A stretch of DNA of 32,000 nucleotides, from NCBI RefSeq assembly GCF_013282335.1, contig NZ_CP043406.1; one strand, 5' to 3'. A program made the position numbers and the translations under genes. Source of the DNA: Escherichia coli. GTDB taxonomy: Bacteria; Pseudomonadota; Gammaproteobacteria; Enterobacterales; Enterobacteriaceae. This document shows, one piece after another, positions 10,901-18,227 of this stretch; position 1 is the first letter of the stretch; each line of letters starts with the position of its first letter. The notes beneath the pieces were generated by a model. The model worked only from the letters and a program-made list of their open reading frames with translations, did not search any database and was not told where the DNA came from.

Positions 10901-12292
10901 TTAACGGTGTGCCAGTTCGGCGTCGTCTTCGCTATCCAGAATGGCTTTATCGGTTTGCTTCAGCCACTGGCTGGTCAGCGTGCCAGCGGTCATCGAGCCA
11001 CTAACGTTTAGCGCCGTACGCCCCATGTCGATAAGCGGTTCAACGGAGATTAACAGCGCCACCAGGGTAACTGGCAGGCCCATCGCAGGCAGCACAATCA
11101 GTGCGGCGAAAGTTGCACCACCACCGACACCGGCAACGCCTGCGGAACTAACGGTAACAATACCGACCAGCGTCGCAATCCACATCGGGTCCATCGGGTT
11201 AATGCCAACCGTAGGCGCAACCATCACCGCCAGCATCGCCGGATACAAACCGGCACAGCCGTTCTGACCAATGGTTGCACCGAAAGAGGCGGCGAAACTG
11301 GCGATGGATTCAGGAACACCCAGACGACGCGTTTGTGCTTCCACATTCAGTGGGATAGACGCAGCACTGGAACGGCTGGTAAAGGCAAACGTCAGTACTG
11401 GCCATACCTTACGGAAGTACTTCAGCGGGCTCACGCCATTAATACCCAGCAGAAGGCCATGCACTGCAAACATAATCAGAAGACCGAGGTAGGACGCGAC
11501 AACGAAACTTCCCAGTTTGATGATGTCTTGCAGGTTAGAACCTGCAACCACTTTGGTCATCAGCGCCAGAACGCCGTAAGGGGTCAACTGCATGACCAGG
11601 CGAACCAGCTTCATTACCCAGCTTTGCAGGGTATCGATAGCGGTTAAGACGCGTTCACCTTTCGGCGCATCATCCTTCAGCAGTTTCAGCGCAGCTACAC
11701 CGAGGAATGCGGCAAAAATTACCACGCTGATAATTGACGTCGGATTGGCTCCGGTCAGATCGGCAAACGGGTTTTTCGGGATAAAGGACAAGACCAGCTG
11801 CGGAACGCTCAGGTCAGAGACTTTACCAACATAGTTACTTTCAATGGCGTTCAGACGTGCAGTTTCTGCACCACCCTGAACCAGACCTTCAGCCGTCAAA
11901 CCAAACAGGTTGGTGACCAGCACACCGACCAGCGCCGCAATCAGCGTGGTAAACAAAAGCGTACCGATGGTCAGAAAACTGATTTTGCCTAACTGAGATG
12001 CGTTATGCAGACGGGCAACCGCGCTCAGAATAGAGGCGAAGACTAACGGCATAACGATCATTTGCAGCAGTTGAACATAGCCGTTACCAACAATGTTAAA
12101 CCACTGTACAGAATCTTTAAGTACCTGGCTGTCAGAACCATAAATGGTATGCAGGGCAAGGCCAAAAACCACACCCATCACCAGACCCACCAGCACTTTT
12201 TTCGCCAGACTCCACTGTTTATGGCGGGTCTGAGCCAGCGCAAACAGCAGTACAACGAACACCACGATGTTCGCAATTAATGGAAAGTTCAT
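10901..12292 (-). CDS. tcyP: L-cystine/cysteine transporter, dicarboxylate/amino acid:cation symporter family
   Basis: The 463-aa polytopic membrane ORF is recognised as YdjN/TcyP (DAACS family). Confidence 0.95.
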   Translation of the reverse strand: MNFPLIANIVVFVVLLFALAQTRHKQWSLAKKVLVGLVMGVVFGLALHTIYGSDSQVLKDSVQWFNIVGNGYVQLLQMIVMPLVFASILSAVARLHNASQLGKISFLTIGTLLFTTLIAALVGVLVTNLFGLTAEGLVQGGAETARLNAIESNYVGKVSDLSVPQLVLSFIPKNPFADLTGANPTSIISVVIFAAFLGVAALKLLKDDAPKGERVLTAIDTLQSWVMKLVRLVMQLTPYGVLALMTKVVAGSNLQDIIKLGSFVVASYLGLLIMFAVHGLLLGINGVSPLKYFRKVWPVLTFAFTSRSSAASIPLNVEAQTRRLGVPESIASFAASFGATIGQNGCAGLYPAMLAVMVAPTVGINPMDPMWIATLVGIVTVSSAGVAGVGGGATFAALIVLPAMGLPVTLVALLISVEPLIDMGRTALNVSGSMTAGTLTSQWLKQTDKAILDSEDDAELAHR

Positions 12293-12424
12293 CCCCGTTC
12301 TCCTGATCTTATTATTTCTATCACTGCGTAGCAGTCATAGTGTTGGCGCAAGATTAACAGAACTGTGAGCTGGCTCTTATATTCAAATGGAATTGCTTAT
12401 TCCAGAAAGGTGATTTTTGCCTTT

Positions 12425-13015
12425 TTAGTATTCAACCTGATGCTTAATAAGCCGATGAAACTGGATCTGCAAAGTATTGATCATTTGCGATGACCAACGA
12501 ACAGCGCTGTTTTCGGGTAATGAATGGGGCATCCATACCGACCAGACAAATAATGCCATGCAGATAAAACGTTCCAGTTGGTTGCCCTTTTGGGGAACCA
12601 GGATAGGCAAGCGGAAACGCCAGCGGCATGGCCAGAGCAGGGGAACACCGGCGGGTGTCAGCATATCGGCAAGTATGTGGCTCAAATAACCCAGCACCAT
12701 TCCTTGTAGCGCATCAGCCGGAATGAACCAGCTTTCAGGAACCTTAAGGTAAAAGGTTGCCAGCAGCGCAAATACCGCCAGCAGACTGTGGGTAAAACCA
12801 CGATGCCCAAAAGCGCGGGCGATCGGTTTTGATATCCACTTTAATCGCTGCCCAAGAAACGACTTTGGGTGATCGATGTCCGGTAACAAACACGTCAGGA
12901 TTGCGGAAGGGACAATATGCCACCAGTCACCCTGTGCCAGCACGGGCGTCAGCTCGGCATTTTTGGCAAATACCGCACAAGCAATAGAAAAGAGAAGGTG
13001 ACCTTCCGCCGTCAT
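12425..13015 (-). CDS. ydjM: LexA-regulated inner membrane metal-dependent hydrolase-like protein YdjM
   Basis: Recognised as YdjM (MTAEGHLLFSIACAVFAK...), with motifs PDIDH and HRGFTHS. I recall a 196-aa product starting at the ATG at 13015. The upstream in-frame start at 13027 is a GTG that abuts the LexA box. Confidence 0.9.
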   Translation of the reverse strand: MTAEGHLLFSIACAVFAKNAELTPVLAQGDWWHIVPSAILTCLLPDIDHPKSFLGQRLKWISKPIARAFGHRGFTHSLLAVFALLATFYLKVPESWFIPADALQGMVLGYLSHILADMLTPAGVPLLWPCRWRFRLPILVPQKGNQLERFICMALFVWSVWMPHSLPENSAVRWSSQMINTLQIQFHRLIKHQVEY

Positions 13016-13029
13016 GATAAAACTCACTA

Positions 13030-13067
13030 AACTGTCGATACGTACAGTATAGGATTTTTATACAGTG
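13030..13067 (-). promoter_or_regulatory. tandem LexA (SOS) boxes upstream of ydjM
   Basis: On the minus strand, TACTGTACGTATCGACAGTT (13049-13030) is a perfect CTG-N10-CAG. It abuts CACTGTATAAAAATCCTATA (13067-13048), which has a good left half and a degenerate right half. ydjM is a published SOS gene with two boxes. Confidence 0.85.
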
Positions 13068-13145
13068 CGCGGAAGTGGTGACGGTGTAACTCTTTCTCTT
13101 AAATTGACGATTAATCCGTCAGTTGAATGCAAATTCAGATAAAGA

Positions 13146-13175
13146 ACCAGGGGCAGCGTGATCACTGCCCCTGGT
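13146..13175 (-). terminator. hairpin terminator downstream of hxpB
   Basis: Perfect 11-bp stem accaggggcag / ctgcccctggt with an 8-nt loop, starting 3 nt after the hxpB stop on the minus strand and followed there by ttcttta. Confidence 0.7.
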
Positions 13176-13177
13176 CA

Positions 13178-13846
13178 TTAACCGAGAAGGTCTTTTGCGG
13201 TGAGTTCTGTCAGTGATGAGAGTTTGACGTTTGCTAATACAAAACGTGGATCATTTTGCGCTTCTGGCGCAGGAACGACGATGGAACGCATGCGGGCTGC
13301 TTTAGAGGCGATCATGCCATTTACTGAATCTTCCAGCGCTACGCAGGTCAGTGGGTCAACGCCCAGTTTTGCTGCGCAGTCGAGATATACTTGCGGATGC
13401 GGCTTGCTGTAAGGCAGTTTTTCAGCCGAGGCGAGGGCATCGAAACTGTCGCGTAAGTCAAACATGGTCAACACTTTTTCCAGCATATGTAGTGGTGACG
13501 CGGAGGCCAGTCCCACCAATAAACCTTGTTCTTTGCATAACGCAACGGCTTCGCGCACGCCTGGTAATAATGGACGTGTCTCTTCAACCAGTGAAATGGC
13601 ACGGGCAATAACCCGTTCTACTACTTCCTGACGGCTTGGCCCATTCCACGGTTGCCGGGCGTACCAAAGATCGACCACCATATCGATACGTAAACCTAAG
13701 GTGTCCGGCAGCTCGTTACGACGGGAGATATCCACCCCCAGGCTTGCCATCACATCCAGTTCGGCTCGATCCCATAAAGGTTCTGAGTCGATAAGTAATC
13801 CATCCATATCAAAAATTGCAGCAAGAATCTGACGCGGGGTTGACAT
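13178..13846 (-). CDS. hxpB: HAD-family sugar phosphatase (hexitol phosphatase B / 2-deoxyglucose-6-phosphatase)
   Basis: The 222-aa ORF is recognised as YniC/HxpB. It has HAD motif I DMDGLLIDSE and a downstream ...ALEDSVNG motif. Confidence 0.95.
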   Translation of the reverse strand: MSTPRQILAAIFDMDGLLIDSEPLWDRAELDVMASLGVDISRRNELPDTLGLRIDMVVDLWYARQPWNGPSRQEVVERVIARAISLVEETRPLLPGVREAVALCKEQGLLVGLASASPLHMLEKVLTMFDLRDSFDALASAEKLPYSKPHPQVYLDCAAKLGVDPLTCVALEDSVNGMIASKAARMRSIVVPAPEAQNDPRFVLANVKLSSLTELTAKDLLG

Positions 13847-13992
13847 TACAACCTCTCCTTTAGAGCATTATGTGTAAGGTATTAAGCCGTGCTTATGATT
13901 AAGCGCCTATCATATCGCCTTTAAAGAATGGGCGAAAACAGATATCTACAGGTAAACTAAGTGAAACGACGCGTCTTAATCAAGGAGAACTC

Positions 13993-14529
13993 ATGACGTA
14001 TCAACAAGCTGGACGCATTGCTGTTTTGAAAAGGATTTTGGGTTGGGTGATTTTTATACCTGCATTGATCTCTACACTGATTTCTTTGCTGAAATTTATG
14101 AATACCCGGCAGGAAAACCAGGAAGGCATTAATGCGGTCATGCTCGACTTTACTCATGTCATGATCGATATGATGCAGGCGAATACGCCTTTTTTGAATC
14201 TGTTCTGGTATAACTCCCCGACGCCCAATTTTAATGGTGGCGTGAACGTTATGTTCTGGGTGATTTTCATCCTGATTTTTGTCGGACTGGCGTTGCAGGA
14301 TTCCGGTGCCCGGATGAGTCGCCAGGCGCGCTTCTTGCGGGAAGGTGTTGAAGATCAACTCATTCTGGAAAAAGCCAAAGGGGAAGAGGGGCTAACGCGT
14401 GAACAAATTGAGTCACGTATTGTTGTGCCGCACCATACTATTTTCCTGCAGTTTTTCTCGCTGTATATCCTGCCGGTTATTTGTATTGCTGCAGGTTATG
14501 TGTTCTTTTCTCTGCTGGGGTTTATTTAA
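13993..14529 (+). CDS. yniB: uncharacterised inner membrane protein YniB
   Basis: The 178-aa ORF is recognised as YniB. It has several hydrophobic segments and a strong SD aaggag 7 nt upstream. Confidence 0.9.
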   Translation: MTYQQAGRIAVLKRILGWVIFIPALISTLISLLKFMNTRQENQEGINAVMLDFTHVMIDMMQANTPFLNLFWYNSPTPNFNGGVNVMFWVIFILIFVGLALQDSGARMSRQARFLREGVEDQLILEKAKGEEGLTREQIESRIVVPHHTIFLQFFSLYILPVICIAAGYVFFSLLGFI

Positions 14530-14535
14530 TCAAAA

Positions 14536-14552
14536 GGCCGCACGGAGCGGCC
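14536..14552. terminator. bidirectional hairpin between convergent yniB and yniA
   Basis: Stem ggccgc / gcggcc with loop acgga, flanked by aaaa on the 5' side. Confidence 0.6.
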
Positions 14553-14569
14553 ATTATCCTCAACCCGTA

Positions 14570-15430
14570 TCATGCTGCTAATAATCTATCCAGTGACTGC
14601 TGAGCAATAACCAAATGCTGACCGCCAAATAACCTTGCACGATTTAACAGCGTGTAGAGTTGGTAAACCGGTTGACGTTCAAGGAAATCGGCAGGTAGCG
14701 GGGATACTGACTGATAGCCGTCATAGATTTGTGGCGGCTGTTCAGTATGCAGCGGTAACATCGCCAGGTCGCACTCTCGGTCACCCCAGTAGCAGGCCGG
14801 GTCGAAAATGTACGGGCCATCCGGACCCAGCGCACAGTTGCCGGACCATAAATCGCCGTGCAACAGAGAAGGCTGCGGTTGATGCGAGGCCAGACGCTGC
14901 TGAATATGCTCGACGATGGCATCGATATTGCCGAAAGCGATCCCTTTTTCTGCCGCCAGTTCCAGCTGCCAGCCAATCCGTTGTTCAGCAAAAAAAGTTG
15001 ACCAGCGACGTTGCCAGGTGTTGGGCTGGGGAGTTGTGGAGAGCGCGTTATCGAAATCGAGGCCAAATTGCGGTTGGTCGCTCCATTGATGTAAACGCGC
15101 AATTTGCTGACCAAGAATAAATGCGCTATGCGCATCCAGCGGGCGAGGTGGGAGATAGTCCATCACCAGAAAACTGTAGTCACGGTCAGCGCCAACTGCC
15201 CAAACCTTAGGCACGGTGACGGTTTTACTACGCGACAGTAACTCCAGTTGGTCGGCTTCGGCGGTAAAACCGGGAAGCAGTTCCCTTTCATCACATTTGA
15301 CGAAAAAGTCACGTCCTGCATAGCGCAAATGCCATGCGGCATGGACTTCTCCGCCAGGCAGTTCATTACGCAGTTCGATTTCGCCTTCACCTAACTGCTC
15401 GCTCAAAAGACGACTGATTGCCTGCCACAT
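14570..15430 (-). CDS. yniA: fructosamine/ketosamine-3-kinase family protein
   Basis: The 286-aa ORF is recognised as YniA. It has the kinase catalytic-loop-like LLHGDLWSGN and an aminoglycoside-kinase-like fold signature. Confidence 0.93.
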   Translation of the reverse strand: MWQAISRLLSEQLGEGEIELRNELPGGEVHAAWHLRYAGRDFFVKCDERELLPGFTAEADQLELLSRSKTVTVPKVWAVGADRDYSFLVMDYLPPRPLDAHSAFILGQQIARLHQWSDQPQFGLDFDNALSTTPQPNTWQRRWSTFFAEQRIGWQLELAAEKGIAFGNIDAIVEHIQQRLASHQPQPSLLHGDLWSGNCALGPDGPYIFDPACYWGDRECDLAMLPLHTEQPPQIYDGYQSVSPLPADFLERQPVYQLYTLLNRARLFGGQHLVIAQQSLDRLLAA

Positions 15431-15535
15431 GATGTCTCTCCCATGTTGTCTGCCAGATCATAAGGTTAGCGCAAGAATGCGGTGTAAAAACACGAGCTAA
15501 CGCACACCACAGACTGATTATTGCCCAAAAACCAT

Positions 15536-15826
15536 TTATTTTCTGTTGCTATTCCATTCCTCCCAGGTCGTGATGGTGATTTCAGGATCTTTGCCGGTTG
15601 CACTTTGGGTAAGCCCCGAAACCAGTTCTCTAATTTCTTCTTCACTTTGGGTACTGATAAGTCCAAAAGTGTTAGTCCCCAGCTCATGGATATTTCCATC
15701 ATCATCCGTCATGGTGAGCAAAAAACCGTCGCGAGTCAGGTAATTATTCAACTCGTTAATTTCAGTCAATGTATCCTCGTGCAACATGACGGTTATGACA
15801 TAACGGACAAGATCGCCACTGGCCAT
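15536..15826 (-). CDS. ydiZ: uncharacterised small acidic protein YdiZ
   Basis: The 96-aa ORF is recognised as YdiZ (MASGDLVRYVITVMLHEDTLTEINELNNYL...). I know of no assigned function. Confidence 0.88.
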   Translation of the reverse strand: MASGDLVRYVITVMLHEDTLTEINELNNYLTRDGFLLTMTDDDGNIHELGTNTFGLISTQSEEEIRELVSGLTQSATGKDPEITITTWEEWNSNRK

Positions 15827-15897
15827 AGTTCACCCCTTTGTTATCACATGACTTTTGAGCATAGTCGGAGAAACGCGTTGCCGACAGGTTGGTGGTG

Positions 15898-15919
15898 ATT
15901 CCCCCAATGCAGGGGGAAT
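15898..15919 (-). terminator. hairpin downstream of pfkB
   Basis: Stem attccccc / gggggaat with loop aatgca, 8 nt after the pfkB stop. There is no strong U tract on the minus strand. Confidence 0.4.
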
Positions 15920-15926
15920 GTTTCAG

Positions 15927-16856
15927 TTAGCGGGAAAGGTAAGCGTAAATTTTTTGTGTATCGTCTTGGGAGCACAGGCGTGTTCCCTGATTGAGTGTGG
16001 CTGCACTCCCCGCAGCTACGCCAAAACGGACCATCTCTTCAAGAGAGGCATTTTCTGCCAGTTTCAGTGTCATCGCGCCGACCATGCTGTCACCAGCGCC
16101 AACGGTGCTCTGGCTTTTCACCGGTGGTGGCACAACCTGAATGCAGTTTTCACTATCAACGCCCAGCGCCCCTTGTGGACCCAGGGAAACGACAACTCGT
16201 TTGGCCTTGCCGCTATTAACGATTTCCTGCGCGGCTTTGCGGACATCGTCTGGCTGGGTGAGTTCGCGATTCACTAGCGCACTGAGTTCTTTTTGGTTAG
16301 GCTTAACCAACTCGATATTACCAATCGCCAGTGCTGCACTTAACGCTTCGCCAGAACTGTCGACGATGCAGCGAATCCCTTGTTTTTGCGCAGCGGAAAT
16401 CAGTTGGGTTAATTTTTCCAGCTTCACACCTGGCGGCAGGCTTCCGCTTATGACCAGAATGGCCCCGGATTCAATTTCCAGAACTTGCTCTTCAAGCTGG
16501 CGAAACTCATCTTCATTTAATGCCGCGCCTGGCATAACAAAACGATACTGCTCACCGCTTGCTTCCACATGTACGTGTAAATTCTGCCGGGTCCAGTCTT
16601 TGGCTTCTACAGTAGCGACGGGGACATTTTCATCTGCCAACAGTGAAACCAGATGTTCGCCGGTCGCACCACCCGCCGGGAAGATCGCTGTGGCACTGCC
16701 TCCAAGATGGGCAATGGCGCGGGCGACGTTGATGCCGCCGCCTCCGGGTTCGAATACTGGTGCGGTACAGCGCAGCTTTCCTTCGGGATAAATTTGCGGG
16801 GTAATTGTTGCGCTATCGAGAGAGGGCGCAAGTGTCAACGTATAGATACGTACCAT
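15927..16856 (-). CDS. pfkB: 6-phosphofructokinase II (ribokinase/PfkB family)
   Basis: Recognised as PfkB (MVRIYTLTLAPSLDSATITPQ...), with motifs PGGGGINVA and VGAGDSMVGA. Of the tandem ATGs, the one at 16856 is 5 nt from AGGAGG and matches the 309-aa product I recall. Confidence 0.96.
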   Translation of the reverse strand: MVRIYTLTLAPSLDSATITPQIYPEGKLRCTAPVFEPGGGGINVARAIAHLGGSATAIFPAGGATGEHLVSLLADENVPVATVEAKDWTRQNLHVHVEASGEQYRFVMPGAALNEDEFRQLEEQVLEIESGAILVISGSLPPGVKLEKLTQLISAAQKQGIRCIVDSSGEALSAALAIGNIELVKPNQKELSALVNRELTQPDDVRKAAQEIVNSGKAKRVVVSLGPQGALGVDSENCIQVVPPPVKSQSTVGAGDSMVGAMTLKLAENASLEEMVRFGVAAGSAATLNQGTRLCSQDDTQKIYAYLSR

Positions 16857-17021
16857 CATTTCCTCCTATAGGCTGATTTCAGTCTGGCACCGAATCAGCG
16901 GAAAGTGAAGAAATTAACAATATGATTTATTAGAGCTTTATTTAAAATTTTGCAGATAAATATATATAAATAAAAATTTGTTTTCGCCACATGCTTATTC
17001 AAAAAATGAAATAAGAATACA

Positions 17022-17050
17022 TTGCTAAGTTATTCGCGCCTTTTTATAAT
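17022..17050 (+). promoter_or_regulatory. candidate sigma-70 promoter of ydiY
   Basis: TTGCTA (17022-17027), a 17-nt spacer, then a perfect TATAAT (17045-17050). The predicted TSS is near 17057, about 85 nt upstream of the ydiY ATG. Confidence 0.45.
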
Positions 17051-17098
17051 TCGTTACCTTTCCAGGGACGCTAATCTTTGATCCTTAAGAAAGTTTCC

Positions 17099-17122
17099 GG
17101 GACCGCGAAGGTCTCTTTTTTT
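17099..17122 (+). terminator. terminator-like hairpin plus U7 tract inside the ydiY leader (possible attenuator)
   Basis: Stem gggacc (17099-17104) / ggtctc (17110-17115) with one G-U pair and loop gcgaa, followed by ttttttt (17116-17122). It ends 20 nt before the ydiY start codon. Confidence 0.45.
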
Positions 17123-17142
17123 GTTGTACGGACTCTTGATAA

Positions 17143-17901
17143 ATGAAGCTTTTGAAGACAGTTCCTGCCATCGTTATGTTGGCGGGGGGCATGTTTGCGT
17201 CACTGAATGCAGCTGCCGATGATTCCGTTTTTACTGTCATGGACGATCCTGCCAGCGCTAAAAAACCTTTCGAAGGTAATCTGAACGCAGGATATCTTGC
17301 ACAATCAGGCAATACGAAAAGCTCCTCACTTACGGCTGACACCACCATGACCTGGTATGGACAAACCACTGCCTGGTCGCTGTGGGGGAACGCCAGTAAT
17401 ACTTCTTCTAATGATGAGCGTTCTTCAGAAAAATATGCGGCGGGCGGGCGTAGCCGTTTTAATTTAACTGATTATGACTATTTATTTGGGCAGGCAAGCT
17501 GGCTGACAGACCGTTATAACGGCTATCGAGAGCGCGATGTGTTGACCGCGGGTTATGGTCGCCAGTTTTTGAATGGCCCGGTACACAGTTTCCGCTTTGA
17601 ATTCGGTCCAGGTGTGCGTTACGACAAATATACCGATAATGCCAGTGAAACCCAGCCGCTGGGTTATGCCTCCGGGGCTTATGCATGGCAGTTGACTGAC
17701 AACGCTAAATTTACGCAGGGTGTTTCCGTCTTTGGCGCGGAAGACACAACGCTGAACTCCGAAAGCGCATTAAATGTTGCTATTAATGAACATTTTGGAC
17801 TGAAGGTGGCTTACAACGTCACATGGAACTCTGAACCTCCAGAGTCTGCACCGGAACATACCGATCGTCGGACAACCTTATCGCTGGGCTACAGCATGTA
17901 A
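17143..17901 (+). CDS. ydiY: putative outer-membrane beta-barrel protein YdiY (DUF481-like)
   Basis: The 252-aa ORF is recognised as YdiY. It has a cleavable signal peptide (MKLLKTVPAIVMLAGGMFASLNAAA) and alternating beta-strand-like sequence to the C terminus. Confidence 0.93.
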   Translation: MKLLKTVPAIVMLAGGMFASLNAAADDSVFTVMDDPASAKKPFEGNLNAGYLAQSGNTKSSSLTADTTMTWYGQTTAWSLWGNASNTSSNDERSSEKYAAGGRSRFNLTDYDYLFGQASWLTDRYNGYRERDVLTAGYGRQFLNGPVHSFRFEFGPGVRYDKYTDNASETQPLGYASGAYAWQLTDNAKFTQGVSVFGAEDTTLNSESALNVAINEHFGLKVAYNVTWNSEPPESAPEHTDRRTTLSLGYSM

Positions 17902-17909
17902 AATTATCT

Positions 17910-17934
17910 GCCGGACCGTGTTATGCGGTCTGGC
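17910..17934 (+). terminator. hairpin terminator downstream of ydiY
   Basis: 9-bp stem gccggaccg / cggtctggc (one G-U pair) with a 7-nt loop, followed by T-rich tgtcttcgtttg. Confidence 0.6.
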
Positions 17935-17953
17935 TGTCTTCGTTTGTCACTGC

Positions 17954-18061
17954 TCAGCCCCAAATCATTGCTGCCCAACGTAGCAACAACATAGCGCCAC
18001 AGATTGCCAGTAGCACCACCACCATCTTCCAGTGTTTTTTATCAAAGCGTTTAGTCGGCAT
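17954..18061 (-). CDS. yniD: small single-pass membrane protein YniD (35 aa)
   Basis: MPTKRFDKKHWKMVVVLLAICGAMLLLRWAAMIWG is recognised as YniD. An AGGA SD lies about 8 nt upstream of this ATG, and there is one hydrophobic helix. Confidence 0.8.
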   Translation of the reverse strand: MPTKRFDKKHWKMVVVLLAICGAMLLLRWAAMIWG

Positions 18062-18227
18062 ACCAGTGTCCTGCATATCTCTTGTGCGTGATAACGGAGT
18101 GTAACAAAAGGGACAGGCATCAAGGGATTTTTTGTTATTACAGCCGTCGGGTGGCGTTGTACACCTGATCACTGTTTTTGCGGTTTATGAAAAAAATAAA
18201 ATTATGTATCGATATATAAATGTCTGG

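Noticed and set aside
14635-15135. 161-aa and 163-aa ORFs overlapping yniA on both strands
   Set aside because: These are alternative frames of yniA, whose kinase-family sequence is recognisable. The alternative products are low-complexity.
15466-15898. 79-aa, 125-aa and 65-aa ORFs overlapping ydiZ and its flanks
   Set aside because: These are alternative or antisense frames of the recognised ydiZ gene and its intergenic spacers. None has an SD.
16141-16791. 216-aa ORF on the plus strand inside pfkB, plus the smaller ORFs at 15855-16277, 15995-16219 and 16653-16871
   Set aside because: These lie entirely antisense to the well-supported pfkB gene. The translations are Ser/Pro/Arg/Ala-rich and low in complexity, which is typical of the shadow frame of a GC-biased gene. 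There is no SD and no recognisable domain.
18062-18172. In-frame upstream extension of yniD to 72 aa, carrying a C-x6-C-x8-C-x2-C pattern that looks like a zinc-ribbon
   Set aside because: The extension would start at a GTG with no SD upstream (cataaaccgcaaaaaca). The internal ATG at 18061 has an AGGA SD and gives exactly the 35-aa YniD I recognise. The Cys pattern is most likely fortuitous. Ribosome profiling could reopen the question.
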